NCBI GenBank assembly: GCA_026391215.1
Contig: JAPLDX010000087.1
Location: 1-10,802, forward strand
DNA from: Bacteroidia bacterium
Lineage (GTDB): Bacteria > Bacteroidota > Bacteroidia > Bacteroidales > VadinHA17
Reading direction: 5' to 3'
Length of the DNA: 10,802 nt
The notes below the pieces were generated by a model. It was given only the letters and a program-made list of their open reading frames with translations. It was not told the origin of the DNA and did not search any database. The stretch's first letter is position 1. Each line of letters begins with the position of its first letter. The position numbers were made by a program, and so were the translations under genes. Positions 1 through 8,197 of this stretch are shown here, piece after piece.

Positions 1-1764
1 ACCATTCACATTCCAACTCCTGTATATACCTTTTGGATCCCACACACTATAACCGGCTACGAGAACTGAAAGAACCTGATCAGCCTGCTGCATATATCCC
101 AGATCATTTGTTTCAAAACCGGGAGTCTTCCATTTGACGCACCCTAAAAGAAACAAGTGACCGTTTAATTTCTGAATCTGCATTCTTCCGCCTGATCCTA
201 AAAGAGAAGTCCGGTCAGGATCGAATTCAGCATAATCCTTATCGGGCCGCTGGTAATATCTGGCCGATGACAACTGAGTTTCGGTCATAACATCCTTTGT
301 TCCGTTTACCTGGCTGAAAGCTGTGTTAAGGTTGAACGACCAGCTTTTTTCCTTGAAATACTGGGTGAAATCCACCCCTCCCGAATATGCTGATCTGTGC
401 ATGAAGGTTGCAAGATTATCGTCAAGATCCCTGTTTGTGCTGGTAAGGATACCTCCGAGAATAGTATTTCCTTCGTTAAAATCCTTCTGGACCCTTCCGA
501 TAAAATAATTAGTGAGGGGTTCAGCAAGCTCATGCCTGATTGTTTCACCTGAGGCGGAGTCTTTTACTGCTGCCCAGACTCCCCCGGTGACTGCTTCAAT
601 AAAACCAAGAGATAATCCATTCTTTGTTTTTCCGGTAAGCTTGGCTGACCCAAGTATTGGTGTAAATGTCTGTACATCTGCATATTCCTGATTTCCGAGA
701 GAAGGATAACCCTGCGGCTGACGTCCTATTCGCCTGGAATAAAACAGGTTGTCATTTCCCTGGCTTCCATCTCCAAGGCCAATATTAAAATTCGTGATGT
801 TATTTCCTTCAATGAAGAAAGGTCTTTTTTCCGAGAAATACGTTTCATAGGCTGTAAGGTTAACCTCCGATGGGTCAGCTTCTACCTGACCGAAATCAGG
901 ATTGATGGAGAGGTCCATTGTCATATTATTGGTGATACCGATCTTTGCATCAAGTCCGGCGTTAAGTCCGGGTCTCCTGCCTTTATCAAGATTAGTAAAA
1001 GGATTACCTGGATCTTTCTTGAAAGTCTGTAGCTTGGCAACACTATAAGGTGTCAAATCAAATATTTTCCTTGGTTTAATCCCGTCGAGGCCAGAAAGCT
1101 CACCAAATACATGTATGATTCCGGGTGAACCTTGTGGTATATGCTGCCAGAAATCAGTTTCATTTCTCCTGTAAATAATCCGTGCCATTTCAAGTCCCCA
1201 GACATCAGAGTTTTTATCAAACCTCACCTGGCTGAAAGGGATCTTCATCTCAGCTATCCATCCTTTATCATTAATGGACGTTTTGACCCACCAGTTAGGG
1301 TCCCATGATTCATCTTCATTCTGCCCGTCTTCAGTGAACATAACATCGTACTTGACACCAGCGGAGCTAACCCCGAAACAAAAACCTGTGCGGAGATCAT
1401 GAAAGCTGTCAACGAGTATCGCAGCAAGATCACCGTCGGCCTGATCTCTCCTGGTAAGACGGTTTACAATACTGTCAGGATCGGTATCAAATGCCTTGAT
1501 GGCGACATATAAATTATCATCGTCAAACAGGATCTTGAATTCAGTCCTTTGCGTCGCAGCCTGTCCGTTGTAAGGCTCATTCTGCGTAAAATCATCTATC
1601 CATTCACCTGCACTCCAGGTCTCCTCATTAAGAACTCCATCTATGACGGGAGCATCCGTTATCCGGGTTGTTTTGTACTGCTTCTTTGGCAGATCCTGCG
1701 TCTGTCCGGACGCAGTTGAGAAAATCAGAAAGATCAATGAAAATAAGATAATGAGTCTTTTCAT
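1..1764 (-). CDS. DUF5916 family / CBM9-like domain exported protein (3' end lies outside the window)
   Basis: ATG at 1764-1762. Manual translation gives a signal peptide MKRLIILFSLIFLIFSTASG, a CBM9-like N-domain (PVIDGVLNEETW...QRTEFKILFDDDNLYVAIKAFD...DSFHDLRTGFCFGVSSAGVKYD) and the family motif GLDAKIGITNNMTMDLSINPDFGQVEADPSEVNLTAYETYFSEKRPFFIEG...LFYSRRIGR. No in-frame stop was found in the stretches read, which include 1-780. Absent from the ORF track, presumably because no stop lies in the window. Confidence 0.9.
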   Translation of the reverse strand, partial: MKRLIILFSLIFLIFSTASGQTQDLPKKQYKTTRITDAPVIDGVLNEETWSAGEWIDDFTQNEPYNGQAATQRTEFKILFDDDNLYVAIKAFDTDPDSIVNRLTRRDQADGDLAAILVDSFHDLRTGFCFGVSSAGVKYDVMFTEDGQNEDESWDPNWWVKTSINDKGWIAEMKIPFSQVRFDKNSDVWGLEMARIIYRRNETDFWQHIPQGSPGIIHVFGELSGLDGIKPRKIFDLTPYSVAKLQTFKKDPGNPFTNLDKGRRPGLNAGLDAKIGITNNMTMDLSINPDFGQVEADPSEVNLTAYETYFSEKRPFFIEGNNITNFNIGLGDGSQGNDNLFYSRRIGRQPQGYPSLGNQEYADVQTFTPILGSAKLTGKTKNGLSLGFIEAVTGGVWAAVKDSASGETIRHELAEPLTNYFIGRVQKDFNEGNTILGGILTSTNRDLDDNLATFMHRSAYSGGVDFTQYFKEKSWSFNLNTAFSQVNGTKDVMTETQLSSARYYQRPDKDYAEFDPDRTSLLGSGGRMQIQKLNGHLFLLGCVKWKTPGFETNDLGYMQQADQVLSVLVAGYSVWDPKGIYRSWNVNG

Positions 1765-1797
1765 GGTTTAATTCAGTTTTGATTGGTTTTCTGAATA

Positions 1798-1825
1798 ATG
1801 ACGTTTAAGAACGTAAGTTGATGCA
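1798..1825 (-). promoter_or_regulatory. Candidate ECF-sigma-type promoter for the DUF5916 gene
   Basis: Minus strand reads TGCATC-(16 nt)-CGTCAT about 35 nt upstream of the ATG. This resembles the -35 GNAAC-like / -10 CGTC layout of ECF promoters. Motif resemblance only. Confidence 0.35.
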
Positions 1826-1962
1826 ATAAATTATTATTTGGAAAAAATCTAAATAACGTCAGGTATTTTTAGATTTAACTAACATAAGACACTTAACAGG
1901 TATAAAAACCCTATTTTTATTCTGGAAATTCAGCTTAAAAAAAATATTCTGGTGAAACTTAA

Positions 1963-2112
1963 AGATTCTTCGCCTCACTTCGTTCCGCTCAGAATGACAA
2001 ACTAGTATAGTGGAGGCTGGAGGGAGGGGGAAAATGGCGGCCACACCGCCATTTTCCCCCTCCCTCATGTCAAAAATAAATTTACCTGTCATTCCGAACG
2101 AAGTGAGGAATC
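1963..2112. repeat. Composite REP/BIME-like element: two inverted (T/C)GTC-type palindromic units flanking a perfect 21-bp hairpin
   Basis: The reverse complement of 1963-1999 is TGTCATTCTGAGCGGAACGAAGTGAGGCGAAGAATCT, and 2087-2112 is TGTCATTCCGAACGAAGTGAGGAATC. Between them, 2020-2040 GAGGGAGGGGGAAAATGGCGG is the exact reverse complement of 2046-2066, with loop CCACA. Confidence 0.85.
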
Positions 2113-2182
2113 CCCTTACTAATATAGAACGCTATTGATAAAAATATAAATATTTGTATCTTAGGCTAAATTCTTATTCCAA

Positions 2183-3001
2183 ATGATAACACGCAGATCA
2201 TTTATTGAAAAGAGCGCTGTTGCCGCTGCAGCTGCATTAATAGCTCCTTCATTATACAGCAGTAATCTATTTGCCGGCAGAGGTTCGTCGCTGAACGGTA
2301 AGAAAGTCCTGTTCGTTTGGGGAGGATGGATGGGACATGAACCTGATAAATGCCGTGATATATTTGTCCCGTGGATGGAATCGGAAGGTGCAGCAGTAAT
2401 TGTATCAGATACGCTTGATGCATATATTAAAATGGATCTTAAAAAAGATTTTGATCTTATTGTGCAGGCATGGACAATGGGGACGATCACAGGCGATCAG
2501 GAAAAAGCTCTTCTTGATGCAGTTAAGAATGGAACAGGTCTTGCCGGATGGCATGGAGGGCTGGGAGATTCATTCAGGAACAATACCGAATACCAGTTCA
2601 TGGTGGGCGGGCAATGGGTAGCACATCCCGGAGGTGTTATCGATTACAGGGTTAATATTACAGATCACAAGGATCCTGTTACTAAGGGATTAACGGATTT
2701 TGACATGCACTCCGAGCAGTACTATGTGCATGTTGACCCAAACGTGAAAGTCCTGGCAACCACCACATTTACAGACAAGAATGCTTCATGGATAGGAGGG
2801 AATGTTGTCCCTGTTGTATGGAAAAAAGTATACGGTTCAGGCAGGGTATTCTATTCATCCCTTGGGCATGTAGCTTCTGATTTCAATATTCCCCAGGCGC
2901 TTGAAATTCAAAAAAGAGGAATCCTCTGGGCATCTGTGAGCAAATATGAACCAACTGAAGAATTGAAACAACCTGTATATAAGAACCCCCGGTCCCGCTG
3001 A
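2183..3001 (+). CDS. ThuA-like domain protein (class I glutamine amidotransferase-like fold) with twin-arginine signal peptide
   Basis: N-terminus [31 protein letters not shown] matches the Tat consensus. ThuA-like motifs: [35 protein letters not shown]...[24 protein letters not shown]. Confidence 0.9.
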   Translation: MITRRSFIEKSAVAAAAALIAPSLYSSNLFAGRGSSLNGKKVLFVWGGWMGHEPDKCRDIFVPWMESEGAAVIVSDTLDAYIKMDLKKDFDLIVQAWTMGTITGDQEKALLDAVKNGTGLAGWHGGLGDSFRNNTEYQFMVGGQWVAHPGGVIDYRVNITDHKDPVTKGLTDFDMHSEQYYVHVDPNVKVLATTTFTDKNASWIGGNVVPVVWKKVYGSGRVFYSSLGHVASDFNIPQALEIQKRGILWASVSKYEPTEELKQPVYKNPRSR

Positions 3002-3008
3002 AGCGGAA

Positions 3009-3141
3009 CTACCCCCTAAAGTCAAGACCCCCGGCCAGCTAGAGCTGGCCTGCCCCCTAAAGGGGGCTTAAAACCCAAATTGACTGATAATAAAGTAATT
3101 ACATCCAGGTTTATAGTCCCCCTTGGGGGGATGGGGGGTAG
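3009..3141. repeat. C/G-run inverted-repeat (REP/MITE-like) element between convergent genes; possible bidirectional terminator
   Basis: Left arm CTACCCCCTAAA...CCCCCTAAAGGGGGCTTAAAACC; reverse complement of the right arm CTACCCCCCATCCCCCCAAGGGGGACTATAAACC. Each arm has its own CCCCC-n-GGGGG hairpin, and there is an AT-rich spacer at about 3076-3107. Confidence 0.75.
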
Positions 3142-3161
3142 ATTGACCGGTGGTCGGAGGG

Positions 3162-3656
3162 TCAATCATAGACCTTAATAAACTCATATGAATTCCCAGT
3201 GTACTCCAGGAACTTCAGAAAATCGGATTTTGAAATTACAAGGGTCGCGGTATTTACATTTGGATGAAATGCAAGGCAGTCAGATTCATTGAGTTTTTCA
3301 TCAATGAAAAGATGGACATGATGATCAATATCGTTTATGAGTCCAAAAGGAGATACTGAGCCCGGTTCCATGCCAAGATATTTTTTCAGTCTCTGATCGG
3401 AAGCGAAGGTAAGCTTCCCCTGTTTCAGTCGTTTTTCAAGATCATGGATATTGAGATGACAGAGATGCTCAAGGATTACAAGATAATGTCTGTCGCCCTT
3501 GTGATTTCTGAAAAAAATATTTTTACACCTTCCTGAATTGTAATCTTTCCAGTGGATGATAGCATCATCAATAGTAGCTACCGGAGGATGCTCATGATAA
3601 TCAAATTTTATGGAAAGCTTTGCAAGCAGATCGTAGAGGTCCTTCTGTCCTCTCAT
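3162..3656 (-). CDS. proX: Prolyl-tRNA synthetase-associated editing protein (YbaK/ProX superfamily, ProXp-ala/PrdX type)
   Basis: Motifs EHPPVAT, CKNIFFRNHKG..HYLV, LTFAS, LGMEPGSVSPFGL and FHPNVNTATL are typical of the PrdX/ProXp-ala subgroup. The start overlaps the upstream stop (ATGA, 3656-3653). Confidence 0.9.
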   Translation of the reverse strand: MRGQKDLYDLLAKLSIKFDYHEHPPVATIDDAIIHWKDYNSGRCKNIFFRNHKGDRHYLVILEHLCHLNIHDLEKRLKQGKLTFASDQRLKKYLGMEPGSVSPFGLINDIDHHVHLFIDEKLNESDCLAFHPNVNTATLVISKSDFLKFLEYTGNSYEFIKVYD

Positions 3657-4072
3657 CTGTCAGTTTTTGGTTTTGGGATATAGTAGAATTCCATTTCCAG
3701 GAATGTAGCCATATCTTTTCCTGCTTCATTCATATCAATATCCTCTTCATCATAATACCATTTAACAGCAACGGGACAGATGTCAGGAGGGATCCTTTTA
3801 AACTCCTGAAGGATATCAAAGAAGAATTTTGCTGATGATGAATTAAAATATGCAAGATCAATTTGCAGATCAATTGGTGTTTCATGGTTAAATATCTCGT
3901 ATACACCTTCAAGAACATTATTAACAAATATCCTTACCCATTCTATTACAGGATAATACAATGCGCGGACGTCTTCAGGCGAAGAGGTCCCCTGTATCAG
4001 AAAAATATTTTCATCGGGAGAAAATCTTATTTCCGGAGTATTTAACGTTTTTGTAATTTGAAGATTTTCCAT
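3653..4072 (-). CDS. siaC: SiaC family regulatory phosphoprotein (DUF1987)
   Basis: Motifs TPEIRF, IQGTSSPED, FY/YYPVIEW, LAYFNSSSAK, VKWYYDEED.DM.EAG.D. The ATG at 4072 (MENLQI...) is preferred over the TTG at 4117 because the family motifs begin just after it. Confidence 0.85.
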   Translation of the reverse strand: MENLQITKTLNTPEIRFSPDENIFLIQGTSSPEDVRALYYPVIEWVRIFVNNVLEGVYEIFNHETPIDLQIDLAYFNSSSAKFFFDILQEFKRIPPDICPVAVKWYYDEEDIDMNEAGKDMATFLEMEFYYIPKPKTDR

Positions 4073-4133
4073 CAGCGGACCTTTTAACAAATTTGCATTA
4101 ATATTTTTTAACTGCAAAATTTATTTCAGTATA

Positions 4134-4622
4134 TCAGGGGTCTGAGAAAAGATCATTGTTTTCAGATTCAGAAGAATATCCGGAATCTTCAAGAAGATCA
4201 GCTTTACCTGAAGCCTCCACCGCCATCCTGTCGCATAGTTCATTTTCAGGATTGCTTGCATGGCCTTTTATCCAGATGAACCTGACATTGTGCCTGCGAT
4301 AAACCCTGAGAAATCTTATCCAAAGATCGGGATTCTTTTTCTTTCTGAATAATTTTGATTCCCACCGGATAACCCATCCCTGTTCAACAGCATCGGCAAC
4401 ATATCTTGAATCGGTACATACGGTTATATCTGAACCAGGTTTCTTCAGAGCCTCAAGACCGGTTATTACAGCCATGAGTTCCATACGGTTGTTTGTTGTA
4501 AGCCTGAATCCTTCTGATATTTCGAGTCTGTGCTTCCCCGAGATAAGGACAACGCCATAACCGCCGGGGCCGGGATTTCCCCTGGCAGCCCCATCGGTAT
4601 ATATTGTCACTTTATATGCCAT
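4134..4622 (-). CDS. rnhA: Ribonuclease HI
   Basis: IYTDGAARGNPGPGGYG, TTNNRMELMA, TDSRYV, KNPDLW, WIKGHA..PENE.CD: all D-E-D-H-D active-site positions are present. Confidence 0.97.
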   Translation of the reverse strand: MAYKVTIYTDGAARGNPGPGGYGVVLISGKHRLEISEGFRLTTNNRMELMAVITGLEALKKPGSDITVCTDSRYVADAVEQGWVIRWESKLFRKKKNPDLWIRFLRVYRRHNVRFIWIKGHASNPENELCDRMAVEASGKADLLEDSGYSSESENNDLFSDP

Positions 4623-5196
4623 GAGGCAGAACTATGCCTGTATTGGATAAAAAGAGCTTTATAGCTATTGAAAGGAGGATGACTCCAAATACTTTCTGAA
4701 TAATACGCAGTCCTCCTTCTCCCAGGATCCTTTCAAATAAGGTTGTTGACCGCAGGATAATGTATACAATTACCATATTCATAACCAGGGCTATAAATAT
4801 ATTAATGGTCTGATATTCAGCTTTCAGTGAGACAATTGTTGTAAGAGAACCGGCTCCTGCGATCAGCGGGAAGGCTATCGGGAATATTGAACCGCTTCCT
4901 TTTGAGCTGTCCTTGAATAATTCGACGCCAAGGATCATCTCAATAGCAATAAGGAAAATTATAAAGGAACCAGCAATTGCAAATGATGAGATATCAACTC
5001 CAAAAATCCCAAGTAACGGTTCCCCTATCAACAGAAATGCCAGGAGGATTAAAAATGAAACTATGGTGACCTTCATCGGTTTGACTATGCCCGACTTGGA
5101 TTTGATAGTAAGAATAATAGGTATTGATCCGGTAATGTCAATGATAGCGAACAATACCATGAAAACAGCCACTATCTCAATCAGGTCAATTTTCAT
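4612..5196 (-). CDS. MarC family integral membrane protein
   Basis: About six hydrophobic segments with LFAIIDITGSIP, FGVDISSFAIAGS, PIAFPLIAGAGSLTT and LGEGGLRIIQKVFGVILLSIAI. Overlaps the rnhA start by 11 nt. Confidence 0.93.
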   Translation of the reverse strand: MKIDLIEIVAVFMVLFAIIDITGSIPIILTIKSKSGIVKPMKVTIVSFLILLAFLLIGEPLLGIFGVDISSFAIAGSFIIFLIAIEMILGVELFKDSSKGSGSIFPIAFPLIAGAGSLTTIVSLKAEYQTINIFIALVMNMVIVYIILRSTTLFERILGEGGLRIIQKVFGVILLSIAIKLFLSNTGIVLPHGI

Positions 5197-5201
5197 AGTT
5201 T

Positions 5202-7352
5202 CTACTGCCTGATCGTCATTTCATCAACCAGATGTCCGGCTCCTGCATAAACGTCCATGATCCAGAGAACATATCTTATATCAACAGAAATGGTCCTCTG
5301 AAGTTCGGGTTCATAAGCTACATCGCCGCTCATTGCTTCCCAGTTACCATCAAATGCAAGACCGATAAGCTCACCATTCGCATTCATGACCGGGCTTCCC
5401 GAATTACCTCCGGTTATATCATTTGTGGTAAGGAAACATACAGGCATATAGCCTTTGGATGAAGCATATCTTCCGAATTCTTTCTTACTATAAAGATCGA
5501 TAAACCTCTGAGGCAGGTCAAACTCATAATCACCAGGTTTGTATTTATCAATCACTCCCTGGAGTGTTGTATAATATTTATAGGTCACAGCATCCCGGGG
5601 ATCATAATTCTGGATAGTACCATACGTGAGACGCATAGTAGAGTTTGCATCAGGATACAGTGTTTTTTCCGGAGTCATTTCCTTCAGAGCAGCAACCCAC
5701 AGTCTTTGTCCTTTAAACAAGTCCTGATCGAACTTGCTGCGTTCCTGTCCAAGTGTCCTGGCGACATTGATGAATGAGTTATAGGTCAGTATCACCGGAT
5801 CATTCTCAAGGGTTTTAAGAACAGGTTTATTCAGGAAGGCTGTCAGTTTTGCTTCACTTGCAAAGATTGATTTCGAAAACATGTTGTCAACGAATTTGTC
5901 AATGTTTCCCTTGAATTTTGCATCAATTACTTTAATATAGAAATCGGGATGGAACTTTTCAGGAACATCAGCCCTGAAGAGTTTCAGCATTGCCTTCATT
6001 GATTTCTGATCAGTTGGAGGATTATAGTCCTTGTAAATTTCACCGGTATTTTCCATGATCAGCCTGGTGGCTTCTGAGATCTTCTGGTTATCCGCCGATT
6101 TCAGCGCGGGTAAAAGATCTGCTGTAACCTGATTAAAACCAAGCAGTTCGCAACCCAGGAGGCATTCATTAAGGTATTGAGATGCATTCTGAAATTCTGC
6201 CCTGCCCTCGATAGAAGATTTTATCAGATTCAATGCTTCACCATATTTAGCTTTACGGTCGGCATTTGCATTCACCCATGTGTTGAACTGATTTTCAATC
6301 TGCTGTTTCTTTGCTATCACATTAAGGTTTTTGAGCTGGTTATTCTGTCCTATTGAATATTTCCAATAATTTGAGGAACCTGAATATTTTGAAGCATACT
6401 GGATGTCAATTTTCTCACTTGCCATCATATCTGCCAGCCAGATCTCCTGTTTGATCCCGCGTATCTTTATCCTGTTGGGATTTGTAATATTCAGAAGCTC
6501 ATTTACCTCATATGAGGTAAAGTATCTCTGTGTTCTTCCGGGGTATCCCATGATCATTGCGAAATCACCTTTATTAAGGTTCTTTAAAGAAACAGGCAGC
6601 CAGTATTTTGGTTTGAGAGGGATATTATCCTTTGAATATTCAGCCGGTTTGCCGTCAGGTCCTGAATAAACACGGAATACGCTAAAATCACCAGTATGAC
6701 GCGGCCATTCCCAGTTATCGGTATCGTCGCCATATTTTCCTATTGATGAAGGAGGTGCTCCGACCAGTCTGACATCAGTATATCGTTCATATACAAGAAG
6801 ATAAAAATAATTACCGCCATAAAAGGATGAAACACCTGCCCGGTAATTGTTCCCTTCGGTGGCTTTCCTTTCAATAGCCTGCCTGGCTGAATTGATTGCT
6901 GCATTTCTGTCAGTTTCGTTCATCTCAGGATTAACGGTTGCAAGAACCTGATCAGTAACATCTTCGATCCTTATAAGGAATGTAACACCGAGTCCCGGAT
7001 TAGGAAGTTCATCTTCCTTTGTCATAGCCCAGAAGCCGTCCTTCAGGTAATCATGTTCCACAGTACTGTGCGACTGAATCCTGCCATAACCGCAATGGTG
7101 ATTGGTAAGAATGAGTCCCTGTGATGAAACGATTTCTCCGGTACATCCTCCTCCAAAGCTTATGATGGCATCCTTTATACTTGGCTGGTTAAGGCTGTAG
7201 ATCTCTTCAGCTGAAAGCTTCAGTCCAAGCTCGGTCATTGTCCCCATGTTGAGTTTCTCGATCAGCGGCAGCAGCCACATACCTTCATCAGCCCTGGCTT
7301 TAAATCCGAAGCTGACAACAATAATTATTAAAACAGAAATGAGTTTTTTCAT
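5202..7352 (-). CDS. dpp7: S46 family dipeptidyl peptidase, DPP7 type
   Basis: Signal peptide then ADEGMWL; catalytic triad motifs TNHHC (His), NWEWPRHTGDFS (Asp) and DITGGNSGSPV (Ser). The S1 motif AFDGNWE has Gly, as in DPP7, not the Arg of DPP11. Confidence 0.95.
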   Translation of the reverse strand: MKKLISVLIIIVVSFGFKARADEGMWLLPLIEKLNMGTMTELGLKLSAEEIYSLNQPSIKDAIISFGGGCTGEIVSSQGLILTNHHCGYGRIQSHSTVEHDYLKDGFWAMTKEDELPNPGLGVTFLIRIEDVTDQVLATVNPEMNETDRNAAINSARQAIERKATEGNNYRAGVSSFYGGNYFYLLVYERYTDVRLVGAPPSSIGKYGDDTDNWEWPRHTGDFSVFRVYSGPDGKPAEYSKDNIPLKPKYWLPVSLKNLNKGDFAMIMGYPGRTQRYFTSYEVNELLNITNPNRIKIRGIKQEIWLADMMASEKIDIQYASKYSGSSNYWKYSIGQNNQLKNLNVIAKKQQIENQFNTWVNANADRKAKYGEALNLIKSSIEGRAEFQNASQYLNECLLGCELLGFNQVTADLLPALKSADNQKISEATRLIMENTGEIYKDYNPPTDQKSMKAMLKLFRADVPEKFHPDFYIKVIDAKFKGNIDKFVDNMFSKSIFASEAKLTAFLNKPVLKTLENDPVILTYNSFINVARTLGQERSKFDQDLFKGQRLWVAALKEMTPEKTLYPDANSTMRLTYGTIQNYDPRDAVTYKYYTTLQGVIDKYKPGDYEFDLPQRFIDLYSKKEFGRYASSKGYMPVCFLTTNDITGGNSGSPVMNANGELIGLAFDGNWEAMSGDVAYEPELQRTISVDIRYVLWIMDVYAGAGHLVDEMTIRQ

Positions 7353-7391
7353 GATATTATTATTTTCCTGATTGATTTATGATTAAAACGT

Positions 7392-7399
7392 CAAAGATA
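7392..7399 (-). promoter_or_regulatory. Bacteroidota primary-sigma -7 box (TAnnTTTG) upstream of dpp7
   Basis: Minus strand reads TATCTTTG about 40 nt upstream of the dpp7 ATG, followed by an A/T-rich leader with no Shine-Dalgarno. Confidence 0.6.
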
Positions 7400-7425
7400 A
7401 TTCTTTAAACAATATAAGGATTTGG

Positions 7426-8025
7426 TTAGAATGCAAAAGTCATCTGTGTATTAAAAAGAGCGAATGATTTTCTATGATATGGTGTGATGCCATGTTCCAG
7501 GATAGCATTTCTGTGAAAAGCCGTTGCATAACCCTTGTTCCTGTTCCATCCGTAATCAGGGTATTCATTATGAATTTTCTCCATTAATTCATCGCGGAAG
7601 GTTTTTGCAAGAACAGATGCTGCAGCTATTGAAAAGAAAAGACCGTCTCCTTTGATTATTGTATTATGCTTTATGTTTTTGTATGGATAGAAAGTGTTCC
7701 CATCGATAAGAAGGAACTGAGGTTTTAGCTTGAGTCCGTCAATTGCCAGGTGCATGGCCTTTATTGATGCCCTGAGTATATTTATTTCATCGATCTCATT
7801 ATTGTCAACAACACCTATATTCCAGGCTATGGCCGATTCCTTTATTTCATCCTTCAGCAAGCTTCTCTGCCTGGCGGTCAGCTTCTTTGAATCGTTTAGT
7901 ATGGGATGCTTATAATTTCTCGGGAGGATAACTGCAGCTGCCACAACCGGGCCTGCGAGACATCCTCTGCCGGCCTCATCGCATCCGGCTTCTATCAGAT
8001 TATGAAAGAGATTCGATTTTAACAT
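7426..8025 (-). CDS. rnhB: Ribonuclease HII
   Basis: GCDEAGRGCLAGPVVAAAVIL, LNDSKKL, EIDEINIL.AS..AM, LIDGN, IIKGD...SIAAASVLAK..RD, NKGY.T..H, HRKSF. Confidence 0.97.
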   Translation of the reverse strand: MLKSNLFHNLIEAGCDEAGRGCLAGPVVAAAVILPRNYKHPILNDSKKLTARQRSLLKDEIKESAIAWNIGVVDNNEIDEINILRASIKAMHLAIDGLKLKPQFLLIDGNTFYPYKNIKHNTIIKGDGLFFSIAAASVLAKTFRDELMEKIHNEYPDYGWNRNKGYATAFHRNAILEHGITPYHRKSFALFNTQMTFAF

Positions 8026-8143
8026 GAGTTATTATTACGATAAATTTAGGGAAATAATCGGCTTTAAAATCCATGCAATAAGAAATATTTTTCTTATTGC
8101 ATTAACATATTCGTGTAAGTTATTAACACATTTATCAACAATT

Positions 8144-8176
8144 ATTGTTAATATGTCAAAAATTTGACTATTTTTG
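8144..8176 (+). promoter_or_regulatory. Bacteroidota primary-sigma promoter (-33 TTG / -7 TAnnTTTG) for the T9SS-protein/fibre gene pair
   Basis: TATTTTTG at 8169-8176, with TTG at 8145-8147 (21-nt spacing), about 21 nt before the first ATG. Confidence 0.55.
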
Positions 8177-8197
8177 GCAACCTGACAGGTTTTTTTG

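Noticed and set aside
306-548. Short ORFs 306-548 (-) and 323-508 (+)
   Set aside because: Alternative-frame or antisense shadows of the DUF5916 gene.
1859-2092. 77-aa minus-strand ORF
   Set aside because: It is a translation through the palindromic repeat element and AT-rich intergenic DNA, with no recognisable protein features.
2161-2621. ORFs 2161-2490, 2202-2423 and 2400-2621
   Set aside because: Overlap the well-supported ThuA-like gene; no motifs.
4073-4117. N-terminal extension of the SiaC ORF from TTG
   Set aside because: AT-rich, leader-like sequence; family similarity begins at the ATG at 4072.
3620-7915. Short overlapping ORFs (3620-3835, 3730-3927, 3863-4045, 4913-5212, 5232-5462, 6403-6669, 7730-7915)
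   Set aside because: Antisense or out-of-frame shadows within conserved genes.
4134-8025. RNase H genes as part of a retron/defence or mobile module
   Set aside because: Both look like canonical housekeeping RNase HI and HII, with no RT, integrase or effector nearby.
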